Shown: piece after piece, positions 39,355 through 51,439 of the stretch
How the letters are laid out: every line of letters begins with the position of its first letter
Position numbering within the stretch: the first letter of the stretch is position 1
Origin: Macrostomum lignano
Lineage: Eukaryota
Length of the DNA: 64,000 nt
Direction of reading: 5' to 3'
NCBI GenBank assembly: GCA_002269645.1
Contig: NIVC01002655.1
Span: 88,341-152,340, forward strand
Made by a program: the position numbers and the translations under genes
The notes under the pieces: model-generated
The model's input: the letters and a program-made list of their open reading frames with translations, nothing else
Databases searched by the model: none
Told to the model about the DNA's origin: nothing

Positions 39355-39424
39355 GTTCTCACAAGTGTGCTCACAAGTGTGCTCACAAGTGTGCTCACAA
39401 GTGTGCTCACAAGTGTGCTCACAG
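39355..39424. repeat. 12-bp repeat CACAAGTGTGCT
   Basis: About 5-6 copies. Confidence 0.9.
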
Positions 39425-39479
39425 CCTACTAAAAATATTGCAAATTTAGGAGAAATGAGATAAATTTAAGACCCACACT

Positions 39480-41345
39480 AAGACGGACACCGAGACAGAC
39501 ACTAAGAGAAGACACTGAGACACACTGAGACAGACACTGAGACACAAACTAAGACAGAAACTGTCAGAAACCGAGACAGACAGAAACCGAAACAGAACAC
39601 TGAGACACAAACTAAGACAGAAACTGTCAGAAACCGAGACAGACAGAAACCGAAACAGAACTCGGACAGAAACCGAGACAGACACTAAGAGAGACACTAA
39701 AGACAGACAATAAAAAGACACTAAGACAAAAACTAAGACAGACACTGAGACAGACACTGAGACAGACACTGAGACAGACACTGAGACAGACACTGAGACA
39801 GACACTGAGACAGACACTGAGACAGACACTGAGACACACTGAGACAGACACTGAGACACACTGAGACAGACACTGAGACACAAACTAAGACAGAAACTGA
39901 GACAGACACTGAGACAGACACTTTAATCCAGAAACTTCTAGTTTTTGTCCTTCCAACCTGAGGAGAAGGCTGTTCTCAGGAAATTCTGAAAGTCCAATCA
40001 GTACTTTTGCCTGTCTCAACGCGTCCTGAGCTCAGCTGAAATCACTGAGACAGACACTTAGACAGACACTTAGACAGACACTAAGACAGACACTGAGACA
40101 AAAACTAAGACAGACACTGAGACAGACACTAAGACAGACTCTTAGATAGACACTGAGACGGACACTGAGACAGACACTGAGACAGATACTAAGACAGACA
40201 CTGAGACAGACACTATGACAGACACTGAGACAGACACTAAGACAGACACTGAGACAGACACTGACACAGACACTAAGACAGATACTGAGACAGACACTGA
40301 GACAGACACTGAGACAGACACTGAGACAGACACTGAGACAGACACTGAGACAGATACTGAGACAGATACTGAGACAGACACTGAGACAGATACTGAGACA
40401 GACACTGAGACAGACACTAAGACAGACACTAAGACAGATACTGAGACAGACACTGAGACAGACACTGAGACAGATACTGAGACAGATACTGAGACAGACA
40501 CTAAGACAGACACTGAGACAGATACTGAGACAGACACTGAGACAGACACTGAGACAGACACTGAGACAGACACTGAGACAGACACTGAGACACACTGAGA
40601 CAGACACTGAGACACAAACTAAGACAGAAACTGAGACAGACACTGAGACAGACACTTAGACAGACACTTAGACAGACACTAAGACAGACACTGAGACAAA
40701 AACTAAGACAGACTCTTAGATAGACACTGAGACGGACACTGAGACAGACACTGAGGCAGACACTGAGACAGACACTGAGACAGATACTGAGACAGACACT
40801 GAGACAGACACTGAGACAGACACTTAGACAGACACTTAGACAGACACTAAGACAGACACTGAGACAAAAACTAAGACAGACACTGAGACAGACACTAAGA
40901 CAGACACTGAGACAGACACTGACACAGACACTAAGACAGATACTGAGACAGACACTGAGACAGACACTGAGACAGACACTGAGACAGACACTGAGACAGA
41001 CACTGAGACAGATACTGAGACAGATACTGAGACAGACACTGAGACAGACACTGAGACAGACACTAAGACAGACACTGAGACAGATACTGAGACAGACACT
41101 GAGACAGACACTGAGACAGACACTAAGACAGATACTGAGACAGACACTAAGACAGACACTGAGACAGATACTGAGACAGACACTGAGACAGACACTGAGA
41201 CAGACACTGAGACAGACACTGAGACAGACACTGAGACAGACACTTAGACAGAAACTGAGACAGACACTGAGACAGACACTTAGACAAAAACTAAGAGACA
41301 CAAAGACAAAAACTAAGACACACACTATGACAGACACTAAAACAA
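39480..41345. repeat. 12-bp minisatellite GAGACAGACACT, about 1.9 kb
   Basis: Direct reading; contains a 123-bp foreign insert at 39921-40043. It is the source of the SVSV/VCLS/TETD ORFs. Confidence 0.95.
39921..40043 (+). repeat. Exact copy of the unique sequence at 38836-38958 inserted in the minisatellite
   Basis: CTTTAATCCAGAAACTTC...CTCAGCTGAAATC is present at both places. Confidence 0.93.
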
Positions 41346-41643
41346 AAACTAAGGCAGAATATAAAACACACACTATGACAGACACCAAGACAGATTCTGG
41401 GGCACAAAGAAAGACTCATTTAGAATTTTAGAAGAACAGAAGGATCAGAATAGATGGAGGCTACACTAAGCAGATGCCATTAGCTGAGGCATTAATTTGC
41501 ACTCGGTTTTATGTGCTGCTTGAGAAGTTTTTTTCCCTTTTTTAGGTTTCTGGCATGCATAGCTCGTCTGAAGCTTGGATTCTGCCGAATCACTAAAAGC
41601 AGCACTCTATAGCACTTTTTCCGTAGTCTGCAAAATTCCTTAG

Positions 41644-41874
41644 GCTACTACATCGTTTAATCACATGGGCGGATATTCGAACTCGCTTTCCAGCTGGGTT
41701 TGGGCTGCCTGCAGTCAGCCTCTCGTGTCCTCGGTGTGGCATGAAGCGGAGCCCAACGGTGGCTCAGTCTGGCACTGCACCAGCCTTTATCGCGGCTACC
41801 GCTCAGGAGGCATCGACGACACGAAATGCAGCTGGAATCTGCGGTACATCTGCGAGTGCCAGTCAGTGTTCTGA
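41644..41874 (+). pseudogene. C-terminal half of a C-type lectin domain (EPN motif); orphan exon or fragment
   Basis: HMGG...SWVWAAC...WHEAEPNGG...CTSLY...GIDDTKCSWNLRYICECQSVF*. It has the same YICECQSVF end as the 33-kb gene. A candidate acceptor TTCCTTAG precedes it; no 5' exon identified. Confidence 0.7.
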
Positions 41875-43824
41875 CAGTGGGACAGGCAGTGAAGCTGGAC
41901 CCCAGTTGCCTTGACTTGCGAAGGGAAAGGCGTTCCGAGTGCAAAAATATTTTTTAGATCCCCCGTTTTGATATTTGAAATGTTATCCTATTTCATTCAC
42001 CAGTTAGCGAATTTGCGTGCAAGCTACTATTAGATTAGTAGTATAAAACGCTACACATTCGGTTGCTTTCACCTGACCTAAATTTCACAAAGCCAAAAAA
42101 GTTCCATGTACCCATCTTTGCAGACCCATAACTTCACAAAACATAATTGTCAGAAGACGTAATCATGAGTTGAAAGACTTGAGCAGGCGATCGAATATTA
42201 TATTATTTTTTAACAAGTCATTAAAAGCAATAATACTAATGATTATACGGTTAGTGATATTGTAACTATAATATAATATGCTGCACAATCATGTTCTTAT
42301 TAACAACACCTGGCGGTACCAATAAAACGATTTTAATATTAACGGTTGAATTTCGATAGTGATATGAATTTTTCGCCTAAAAGCACTCATGATGTCCAGA
42401 TGCACTGACGTTGAGTCTAATACAGCTTCAATGAAGTGGATGGCAACCAAACATGTGTTGGGTGGTAACAGTAGAAGTTCGACATCTCTGGCTTATTTCA
42501 GAGCACTGTCTCATGGGATTTCATTCAGCCAACGCACTGTAAAGGCTTCTTCGGGTGCTTTTAATGCAGCCAAGTATGAGGGCTTTAGAAAAAATGTCTG
42601 GACTGCGCACTGTGAACGACCAGCAATTTTCACATGAGCTGAAATTTCGGTCAAAGCTTCTTGTACAGCTTATAACAAATTAAATTTTCACTTCGCTTTA
42701 GCCGTCTCTGCCAGCGTTGACGTGCCTGACTGAAGTGACGTCCGAAATCCGATCAGGATTTTATTGACGGACGCATTGGTTCGTTTGGGTGACTGAAAAA
42801 TCAGCAGCTTAAAATTTAAAGTGCAATTGTACATCTACATTACTGTCAATAATCTCTTTCCTCTTTGTTTCTGTGATACGCTTTTTCTAGTCCTCAAATA
42901 GATTCTCAGTCGTCTTCAATGACGATACATTAAATAGTTTCAGTAGGTTAATCAAATCGAGCTTTTGGTGCATTGACATTGCCATAGCCTTCTCAGATGC
43001 ACCATCTATTGAAGCAACTTTTGTCAGGTTGTTCAGGTCAGATCATGGCCGGATATGCAGACATTATCGTTCGAAAGAAGCCCAAGTAGAGAACTTCTTG
43101 TCGCTTTGATTCCTTCAAAACAGGTTGTCTTCTCGAGCTTCTGCAAATCCTTGGTCCGATTTCGTCAGTGCAACTTCTTCCTGGCCAGGTCCGTCAGTCT
43201 CCGGTAACAATTCGAAGAGTCGATCTTGCTTGCCTCGTCGAGATCTTCGTCAAAATCGCCAGAGACACCCAGTTGCTCATCAACCAGCGCCGTCACTCCA
43301 TGCCAGTCCAAAGCCTGTTCTATCTCCGTGCCGTAAGACCCGAAATCATTCCGTTTGGAAATTTAGAGAGGTCAATAAGTCCAGTGGTTCGAGACATTTT
43401 CGGCTCCTGTCTTTCTCGTCTCGTCTGTCTGTCTGGCCAAACGCAACCTTTTATAATCTCTTATGGTCTTAGTCTATGGTAAAACTCAAGCTTCCTGCAT
43501 GAGAACCCATGTCAAGCTGTCTTTCCCCTCCTAGCCGTGCGGTTAATTCCAATCCATCTATGTCTATGGCTAAAAGCAGTGAGAAGGCTTCAATTAATAT
43601 ATCACTTGGTTCAGAGTGGGTAAATAGTCTATGGCACGAGTGCGTTAACGCGTGGGCTAAACTCACGGTTAGAGTAACATAGGCTTTTTGTCTATGGCTA
43701 AACCCTACGGGAGGAAAGACCATACCTTTCGGTCTTTGAACGTGAAAAGGTGTAGTGGTTCTTGTTAGCGAAATGTGTGGTTGGAGCTCTTTTAACTGTA
43801 CAATTCGAAACGCAACGAGAGTGT

Positions 43825-44120
43825 GGTAACGTAACGAAATTTTGTAACGAAATTGTAAAACGAAATTTACAATTTCGTTTTATAACGAAATTGTAAATTT
43901 CGTTACAAAGTCGAAATTTCATAACACCGAAAACTCAAATAGCAGCCACTTTCACAAGGTCGAAACTTCAAAAGGTCGAAATTTCACAATGTAGAAAACG
44001 ATAAAATTTTCGACATTTTGAAAGTGGCTGCTATTTGAGTTTTCTACGTTGTGAAATTTCGACCTTATGAAGTCCTTTGCTAAAGTTTTTGATGTTATGA
44101 AATTTCGACCTTGTGAAAGC
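43825..44120. repeat. Nested inverted repeats rich in CGAAATT/AATTTCG (foldback or MITE-like)
   Basis: GAAAACTCAAATAGCAGCCACTTTCA near 43930 inverted near 44020-44044; TTCACAAGGTCGAAA inverted near 44103-44117. Confidence 0.7.
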
Positions 44121-44551
44121 ACCCCACAGGAAGGTTGGGGGAATAAAAATGGAAATCCGAGATGAAAAAACAGGAGAGTCCCGGTGCGTCACCAGCTGGC
44201 ACAGTAGCCCCGTGGTACACAAGTTGTTCCCAGTCTCAGATGAAGACGTTCCCCATGATGTCACTTCCACCATCCGTTCAGGCAAAATAAATGTAACAAG
44301 TGGGGGAAATGGGGGACTTCTAGCCATTTATTTCAACTAATCAAGCCCACGAAAATATTGAAACTCAGCAATTCAAATTGCCAAAGAAAAAAAGCAATTA
44401 CCTTCCAATTCGATGTTCTAGTCCTGCTTTTTCGTTTGACTTGAAAACAAAAACAAACAAAAAAATCATCTCAAGAAGGTAGTACGTGACTGTCAGGGGC
44501 AAAAACAAAGTTAATTAAGTCTCAGTTCTACGAAGTTCACCTTAAAAACAC

Positions 44552-45847
44552 TCAACGGCGCCAAGATCGACTTTTTCTTGCGCGGCCACCGCCGCCGCCG
44601 CCTCGGTCGCAGCACTCGGTGCACTGATAGAAATAAGCCAGCACGCAGCCCAAGGACAGGCAGCAGTTCAGCAAGTTGCTCACCCAGAACAGGCGGTTCA
44701 TCCGTTCGTAGTTGGCCAGCTCGATGAGGCGCAGCAGCAGGACCGGCAAGCACAGAGCCGCCTGGCCGACGTTCATCGATAGCAGTGCCCAGAAGGAGCG
44801 TCGGTAGCGCCAGCGCCGCCTCAGCTGCGCCAGCATCGTCGCGGAGGCCACCACGCCGACAGTCAGCGGCAGCACCGACTGCAGCGGCATCACCACGGCG
44901 GCGTTCAGCTCCGCATGCAGGCCCGGACTGGCGCCGACGCTGATCAGCAGGGGCTCGACGAGCACCGGCTGCTGACTTGGCGGCCACAAGCTGCTGTAGT
45001 CGGCACAGGCCACCCCGGCCACGCCAAGGGACTGCAGGCTGGCGCAGCTGGCGGACCCGACGGCTAGCAGCAGCCGCCAGCTGAATCTGTTCCCAACTGC
45101 GCCATCTTCGCTACCGCAGCGGCATTCGCAGTCGCACTCGCCCACCTGTCCCTCTTCGAAATCGCGCTCGTTGCGTTCGTAATGGCGGACTCCCTCCAAA
45201 TTTCCAGCTGTTTCGCAGTTTCCGCGCTCAATTTCCCCTGCGTCGTCCGGCGCGCGCAGTCGCAGAACTACTTCGACTCTTTCAACATTAAGTTCACCTC
45301 GACAAAGTCGATTGTCCAGTCGACGCCGCCGGATCCGAACGATGCAACAGCAGCGGCGCCGCCAGCCAGCTTCCATCGTCGGACCGCCGGGTAGACGACT
45401 GCGGAACAGGCAGCAGCGGCGGAATGCAACGAGAGCCAGCAGCCAGTTGCGCTGGAACAGGAGCACGGACGCTAGCCACTGGTTGAGGCCGAGCCCCAGG
45501 CTGCCCGGCAGACCAATGTGCACCAGGGGGTACTCAGAGCACAGGCGGAGGCCCAGCATGGCGCCGCTGTCAACCAGCAAGCAGATGGCGATGCTCACCT
45601 CCGTAGCCAATAGTCGCCGCAGAGCGCAAACCAGCTCCGAGTCGGCGCGTCGGTTTTGCAGAGCCAGAAAGCGGCCAGCAATTGCAAGGAAGACTATGCA
45701 GCAGCTGAAGGCTAGGAACAGCCAGGCCTGGGTGTGCAGCTCCGGGCAGTCCATGCTGGTGCAGTTGCTCAAGTTACTGCTGGCTTCGCTAAGCAGAGGC
45801 TGCTCGCTGCAGTTAACGAGTCTGTAATAGAGCGGAAATTGCAGCAT
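44552..45847 (-). CDS. Divergent rhodopsin-like 7TM receptor, intronless, 431 aa
   Basis: N-glycosylation sites in the N-terminus; seven hydrophobic segments; TM3 ends LLALVAFRRC (DRY-equivalent); TM5 LPLTVGVV; TM6 ALCLPVLL; Cys/basic tail. Confidence 0.75.
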   Translation of the reverse strand: MLQFPLYYRLVNCSEQPLLSEASSNLSNCTSMDCPELHTQAWLFLAFSCCIVFLAIAGRFLALQNRRADSELVCALRRLLATEVSIAICLLVDSGAMLGLRLCSEYPLVHIGLPGSLGLGLNQWLASVLLFQRNWLLALVAFRRCCLFRSRLPGGPTMEAGWRRRCCCIVRIRRRRLDNRLCRGELNVERVEVVLRLRAPDDAGEIERGNCETAGNLEGVRHYERNERDFEEGQVGECDCECRCGSEDGAVGNRFSWRLLLAVGSASCASLQSLGVAGVACADYSSLWPPSQQPVLVEPLLISVGASPGLHAELNAAVVMPLQSVLPLTVGVVASATMLAQLRRRWRYRRSFWALLSMNVGQAALCLPVLLLRLIELANYERMNRLFWVSNLLNCCLSLGCVLAYFYQCTECCDRGGGGGGRARKSRSWRR

Positions 45848-45981
45848 TTTCGAAGTTTCGGACGCGCTCAGACGCTTTCAATTGAAGCTGAATTGTTCAC
45901 CTTCTGTTGTCTTTGATTTTGGAGCCCGTCATTCCGGCCATATTGCTGTCGGTTTTGGGCTTCTTCAAAGATTAGAGGCTT

Positions 45982-46039
45982 CTATTGGCTTGAGCCCGAG
46001 CTAGCCAATAGAGCGGGCTGTCATCATCTGCATTTGCAT
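45982..46039. promoter_or_regulatory. Candidate promoter of the 7TM gene: inverted CCAAT pair plus octamer
   Basis: CTATTGGCT (45982) and AGCCAATAG (46003) form a perfect inverted pair; ATTTGCAT at 46032; all within about 200 nt of the start codon. Confidence 0.35.
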
Positions 46040-47303
46040 ATCCGTAAGGCGCAATCTCGCCTCTTACCTTTGGCTTTAATCAGACATTGGACGCAAGTAA
46101 GAATTATTTATAAAAGAATGGTTTTCCAAGCAGAATTACTAATTTCACACAAAGAAGTTTGCATTGTACGTCTAAGTATTCACTGAGCCTCAAGACAGCT
46201 TTGAATTAATTCCCCTTTCACTTCACTGCTCGTCCTGAGTGCGGGCTGCACTCAAATCTTCAGACCATGCTGAAACGAAACAAAAGGGATGAAAAACGAG
46301 TTAGTAGAGGATCAATTATTCTTCTCATTTCGAAGATGAACCAGTAAATGAACTTTTCAATTCCCTGAAGATCCGAACTTACTGTTTACTCACAGATATT
46401 CCCATTCGTTGACTAATTATACACGTTTTTGTGATGAAGTGGAGATTAGATGAGTAGCAAGCTGCCAAAAGTAACACTACTATGAAGGCTTTGGCCTTTG
46501 TAAGCCCTTGATAGGCTTGTCGAGACTCAGAAAATAGAAATCAATCACTTCATACTCCGGCCTCCCACTCTTGTCAGATTGCCCCCCTTAAGGTAGCATA
46601 GATGAGGCGAGCAAGCTGGGTCCCAATTTAGCTAGAGGACAGCGAGAGACAAATCGGGAAAAATTGAAAGGCAGAGATCAGCTAATCCAGAGATTAGGCT
46701 AATCCGCCACCAAACAGCCCGTGCGAACTGTGGCTCACCAAACCAGCTCTCTCGAAATCGGCATTCCGAGTAGAAGGGGCTCCGAACCAACCTGCCAATA
46801 TATTTTTTTACCCGCCAATTTCGTAGCCATAGCCGATGCTGGGACTTAGATCGCATTTCGCAGGGAATTCTTGCAAGACGAGACTACATGGTGTACTATT
46901 ATTTCATTATCAAATTCCTATATTTGCAAGCTTCTGGCCGTAAATGTGACTGCAAACTCTCCAATAGCGCTAATGCAGAATGTCTTACATTAGATAAGCC
47001 GCTTTGATGCCTTAATCAGCACTGAAGTACATGACTGGCTTAAATTCTGATTTGAAATTATTGATTGATTGACTGAGTACTGTTTGGCCATTAGGTCCAC
47101 TGCAATCCTCACCTTCAGCTTAGCTGTTCAACTGAGCTCACACTGCTTAGAGTAGACTTAGTTTGCGGAGATTAGATGTCCCCGCATACCTCTATCTAAT
47201 TTCATTCTACAAGGTGGCTCTATCGCTCTGTGACACTTATTTTTCATTAGCTTTCTCTTCTGCAAATCTATCTGGGCCTACATGTAGACTTCCGCATCAA
47301 ATA

Positions 47304-48498
47304 CCCGTATAAAACGAAACGGTCACAAAAAGGGGCTGTTACCGTTCCACTTGATACCGTGGTCTGTAATGATTGTGACCGTTCATGTTCATGATAATAA
47401 GGTAACATGATACCGTTCATAGTTACCATATTTTTGACCGTTTGTTCAGTCACATGTTACCGATCAATGTTACCGTATTTTGTTACCGTTTGTTCAGGGT
47501 CACGTGTTACCGTATTTTGTTACCGTTTGTTCAGGGTCACATGTTACCGATCAATGTTACCGTATTTTGTGACCGTTTGTTCAGGGTCACATGTTACCGT
47601 ATTTTGTTACCGTTTGTTCAGGGTCACATGTTACCGATCAATGTTACCGTATTTTGTGACCGTTTGTTCAGGGTCACGTGTTACCGTATTTTGTTACCGT
47701 TTGTTCAGGGTCACATGTTACCGTATTTTGTTACCGTTTGTTCAGGGTCACATGTTACCGATCAATGTTACCGTATTTTGTTACCGTTTGTTCAGGGTCA
47801 CGTGTTACCGTATTTTGTTACCGTTTGTTCAGGGTCACGTGTTACCGTATTTTGTTACCGTTTGTTCAGGGTCACATGTTACCGTATTTTGTTACCGTTT
47901 GTTCAGGGTCACATGTTACCGATCAATGTTACCGTATTTTGTTACCGTTTGTTCAGGGTCACATGTTACCGATCAATGTTACCGTATTTTGTTACCGTTT
48001 GTTCAGGGTCACATGTTACCGATCAATGTTACCGTATTTTGTTACCGTTTGTTCAGGGTCACGTGTTACCGTATTTTGTTACCGTTTGTTCAGGGTCACG
48101 TGTTACCGTATTTTGTTACCGTTTGTTCAGGGTCACATGTTACCGTATTTTGTTACCGTTTGTTCAGGGTCACATGTTACCGATCAATGTTACCGTATTT
48201 TGTGACCGTTTGTTCAGGGTCACATGTTACCGTATTTTGTTACCGTTTGTTCAGGGTCACATGTTACCGATCAATGTTACCGTATTTTGTGACCGTTTGT
48301 TCAGGGTCACATGTTACCGATCAATGTTACCGTATTTTGTTACCGTTTGTTCAGGGCCACATGTTACCGATCAATGTTACCGTATTTTGTTACCGTTTGT
48401 TCAGGGTCACATGTTACCGATCAATGTTACCGTTTGTTCAGGGTCACATGTTACCGATCAAAGTTACCGTACTTTGTGACCGTTTCGTTTTATGCGGG
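47304..48498. mobile_element. Non-autonomous TIR element whose interior is a 37/50-bp satellite
   Basis: Left CCCGTATAAAACGAAACGGTCACAAA; right TTTGTGACCGTTTCGTTTTATGCGGG; ATA on both outer sides (candidate 3-bp TSD). Array about 47450-48470 of GTTACCGTATTTTGTTACCGTTTGTTCAGGGTCACAT with or without GTTACCGATCAAT. Confidence 0.8.
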
Positions 48499-48654
48499 AT
48501 AATTCGGAATTCCCAGCTCAAAATTAAAGCCAAGGTCATTTCAAGTAGAAAAGCATTTCTAAAGTTTTTTATTTCAAAAAAAATCTTGAAAAATATATAT
48601 AAGTTGAACGCAGAATACTTCCAACAGTAGTTGAATTGATGGTCCAAATTTACT

Positions 48655-48825
48655 AGGAATTCCCGGTTTTCCCCGAGGTGTGAGTCAGAATTCTAAGGGT
48701 TTTCACGGAATTCCCGGGGCTTTCCCAGAATTCCTAGAGTTTTACTGGAATTCCCCGGGGTTTCCCCAAAATTCCCGGAGGTTTCCTGGAATTTCCGGGG
48801 GTTTTTCCAGAATTCCCGGATTCCT
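48655..48825. repeat. Degenerate about 20-bp repeat built on GAATTCCCGG
   Basis: About 8 loose copies. Confidence 0.65.
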
Positions 48826-49325
48826 CAGATTAGGCGAGCTGAAACAAAAACAATTGATTTCCATAACGGGGCCCAAAGGTGTAGTGGGGGACAAAGCAAT
48901 TGCATTTGCACTGCCACCCCCCCCCATGGCGACGCCCCTGCTATCATAATGATCTATAATATTATTGAAGTGTATAATAAAGAAAAATAGGGTCAAATAA
49001 ATTCTTTATTAGAATGAAAAATATCAAATAAAATCAAAAGGATGTTTTTCTAGAATGCTTCACGGCTAATATAAAAAATGAATAAAATTTAGAGAAACAG
49101 AATCTGTACGGCAGATTATCGCAGTGCAGTAATAAAAAATGCCTAGATATGAGTATTAGAGCTGCCAAGAGCAAGAAAGACCGGTCCTGAACTCAAACTC
49201 ATTCTTCTTAGACAGTTATGAGTTATCGTAGACAGGGGTGAAAAACAATTGGAAGATTTAAGTAATCTGAGTAATAAAAAATCTCTAAGCAGTCGTCTCA
49301 GTAAAACCCCATCAATAACAAATAT

Positions 49326-51391
49326 TCAAGCTGAGTTTCGCTGCAGCCAGTCGACAATGGCAGCCGTCACTTCGTTGGTACCGGCGCTACCGCCAAGGTC
49401 GCGAGTTCGCACCCCGCCAGCCAGAGCGGCCAGCACGGCCATGCGAACACGCCTGGCGTCGGCTGCCTCGCCCAGATACTCCAGCATGTCGGCCGAGGCC
49501 AGCAGCAGGCCGCACGGATTGGCCAAGTCTCGGCCGCGCATGGCCTGTCCGGAGACTCGGACGCCGCATTCGAACACGGCGCACCGACTGCCGACATTCA
49601 TGCCTGAGGCGACGCCGGCGCCGCCGACAAGCCCGGCGGCGATGTTGCCGACAATGTTGCCGTACAGATTGGGCAGCAGCATGAGGTCAAACTGCTGCGG
49701 CTGGGAGGTCAGCTGCATGCAGCAGTTGTCAACGATCATGTCGTTGAACTCAATATCCGGATAAGACTGGGCAACCTGGCGGCAAACGTCTAGAAACAGG
49801 CCGTCGGAGAGTTTCATGATGTTTGCCTTGTGCACCGCTGTCACCTGAGCGCGTGGCGGGAGATTATAGTTTATTAGACAGCAATAAGACCCGCCAGTGG
49901 TGTAGAAATACACTTTTAGCTAAATTCACATATTTGCCTCTCTTCATTAATCATCAGTCTGACACATGAAAGCGTCTTAAGAGACAATTATGTCGCCTAA
50001 GAGTCGCTGCAAAGTCTTTGTAGGTAACACAGTTAAAATAGGAAAGAATCGACTCTAGACGACTCTAAAACGAAGAGATGTCGCGGTACAAGTCGCCAAA
50101 AATTCGCCTACGAGCCAGTTTGAGATGTTTTTCTATTGTCTGCGACCCTGTAACGCCTCTAGGGCCGTATCTGAGGCATGCCAGAGTCGCTTTAGACTCG
50201 CTGAGTTGCGTCTAAAGCGCATCTGCGTCACTTGATGAATTAAAATTGCATTTCGCATTTTTAACAACTCTATTTACCCTACTTAAGTTAGTAGACAGTT
50301 AAGCTTTGCAAATTCTACAAATCACGTGATGCGCTCGTGACTCAACAGTTGCCTCTCCGTCGCATTACAGTCGTTTGAGTCGCCTAACAAACTGACACCC
50401 AATGGATTCTGAACGCCAACCTTCTTCCGCCTCGTCTTGATGGCAGTCTGAAATGCGAACTCGGCAATCTGGCGGCAGCGAGCTTCGGTCACCACTTTTA
50501 AGCTTTCCACCACGCCGTCAACGTTGAAGTGCTCCAACTGGTTGTACTCTCCCTCGGTGTTCTGCCGGACTACTAGTATGTCGATGTCGCGATGACGGGT
50601 TGGCAGGCCCTCGATGGATTTGCAGCGCTGAACGTAGGCAAACAGGCCGAGCTTGGCGCGCAACTGGGCGTTCTTAGCAGCGGCGCCTGCCAACAGTGCG
50701 AGTGGTGGGTTGCAGTTTGGTCTAGACAAATTATGGCCAACAATAGGCAATTAGCAAATCAACTGCAAATTTTGAAAATTATTCAACTTACCACCGATGC
50801 TGATGAAGTCCGTGCTCGCTGAAATTTTATGATTGAATTCGATTTGTTAAATTCAACTTCAATTTGCGGTTAACAGAAAAAACAGACAGACAACACGACA
50901 AAAAGACATCGAGATCGAAAGACAGACAGAGACAGACAGACAGACAGGCAGACGCAGATCACGAACCAAAACTCACCTTCAAGCGATTCCAGATTGCCTT
51001 TAAGCGCTACTCCATTGCGCTGAATCGACATGACAATGCGCCGCATTTCCTCAGGGGTGACGGCACCCTCGGCAGAGGTTTGCAGCTCTTCAAAGTCAAC
51101 GTGAGCCCGGGCGGCCAGCAGTGTTTGCTTCACAACGGCCATCAGCTCCGGCCCGATGCCGCTGCCGGGAATCATGGAGACGCGGTGCTGGCCGCCGTAC
51201 TTTGCGGCCGTTAAAATGCCTCTGAGCTCAGCGCCTGGCGCAGGCGCGTGCTCCAACCAGTGCTCGAGATCGTCATCGGCTGTGGTAGTTGCTGTTGATC
51301 TGGACGAGATACTGCTGCACAGATGGCGTCGCCATGGTAGCGATGATAGGGCAGCCAAGAATCGATTACGCACAGGTAGCAGCAGATGCAT
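49326..51391 (-). CDS. IDH3G: NAD-dependent isocitrate dehydrogenase regulatory subunit, gamma-like; exons 51391-50977, 50686-50421, 49844-49326 (399 aa)
   Basis: Mitochondrial-type presequence; AKYGG..VSMIPGSGIGPEL; NGVALKGN; RHRDIDILVVRQNTEGEY; KKVTAVHKANIMKLSDGLFL; MIVDNCCMQL; PNLYGNIV; ANP. Spliced length is 1200 nt with consistent phases. Confidence 0.9.
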
Positions 51392-51439
51392 CAGTGAAGG
51401 CTGTAGTATCAGTTTGAATAGAGAACATGCTTTCGTTGC

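Noticed and set aside
42380-42680. pogo/Tigger-like transposase remnant (LLLPPNT on minus)
   Set aside because: Single short motif with stops nearby and no other DDE context.
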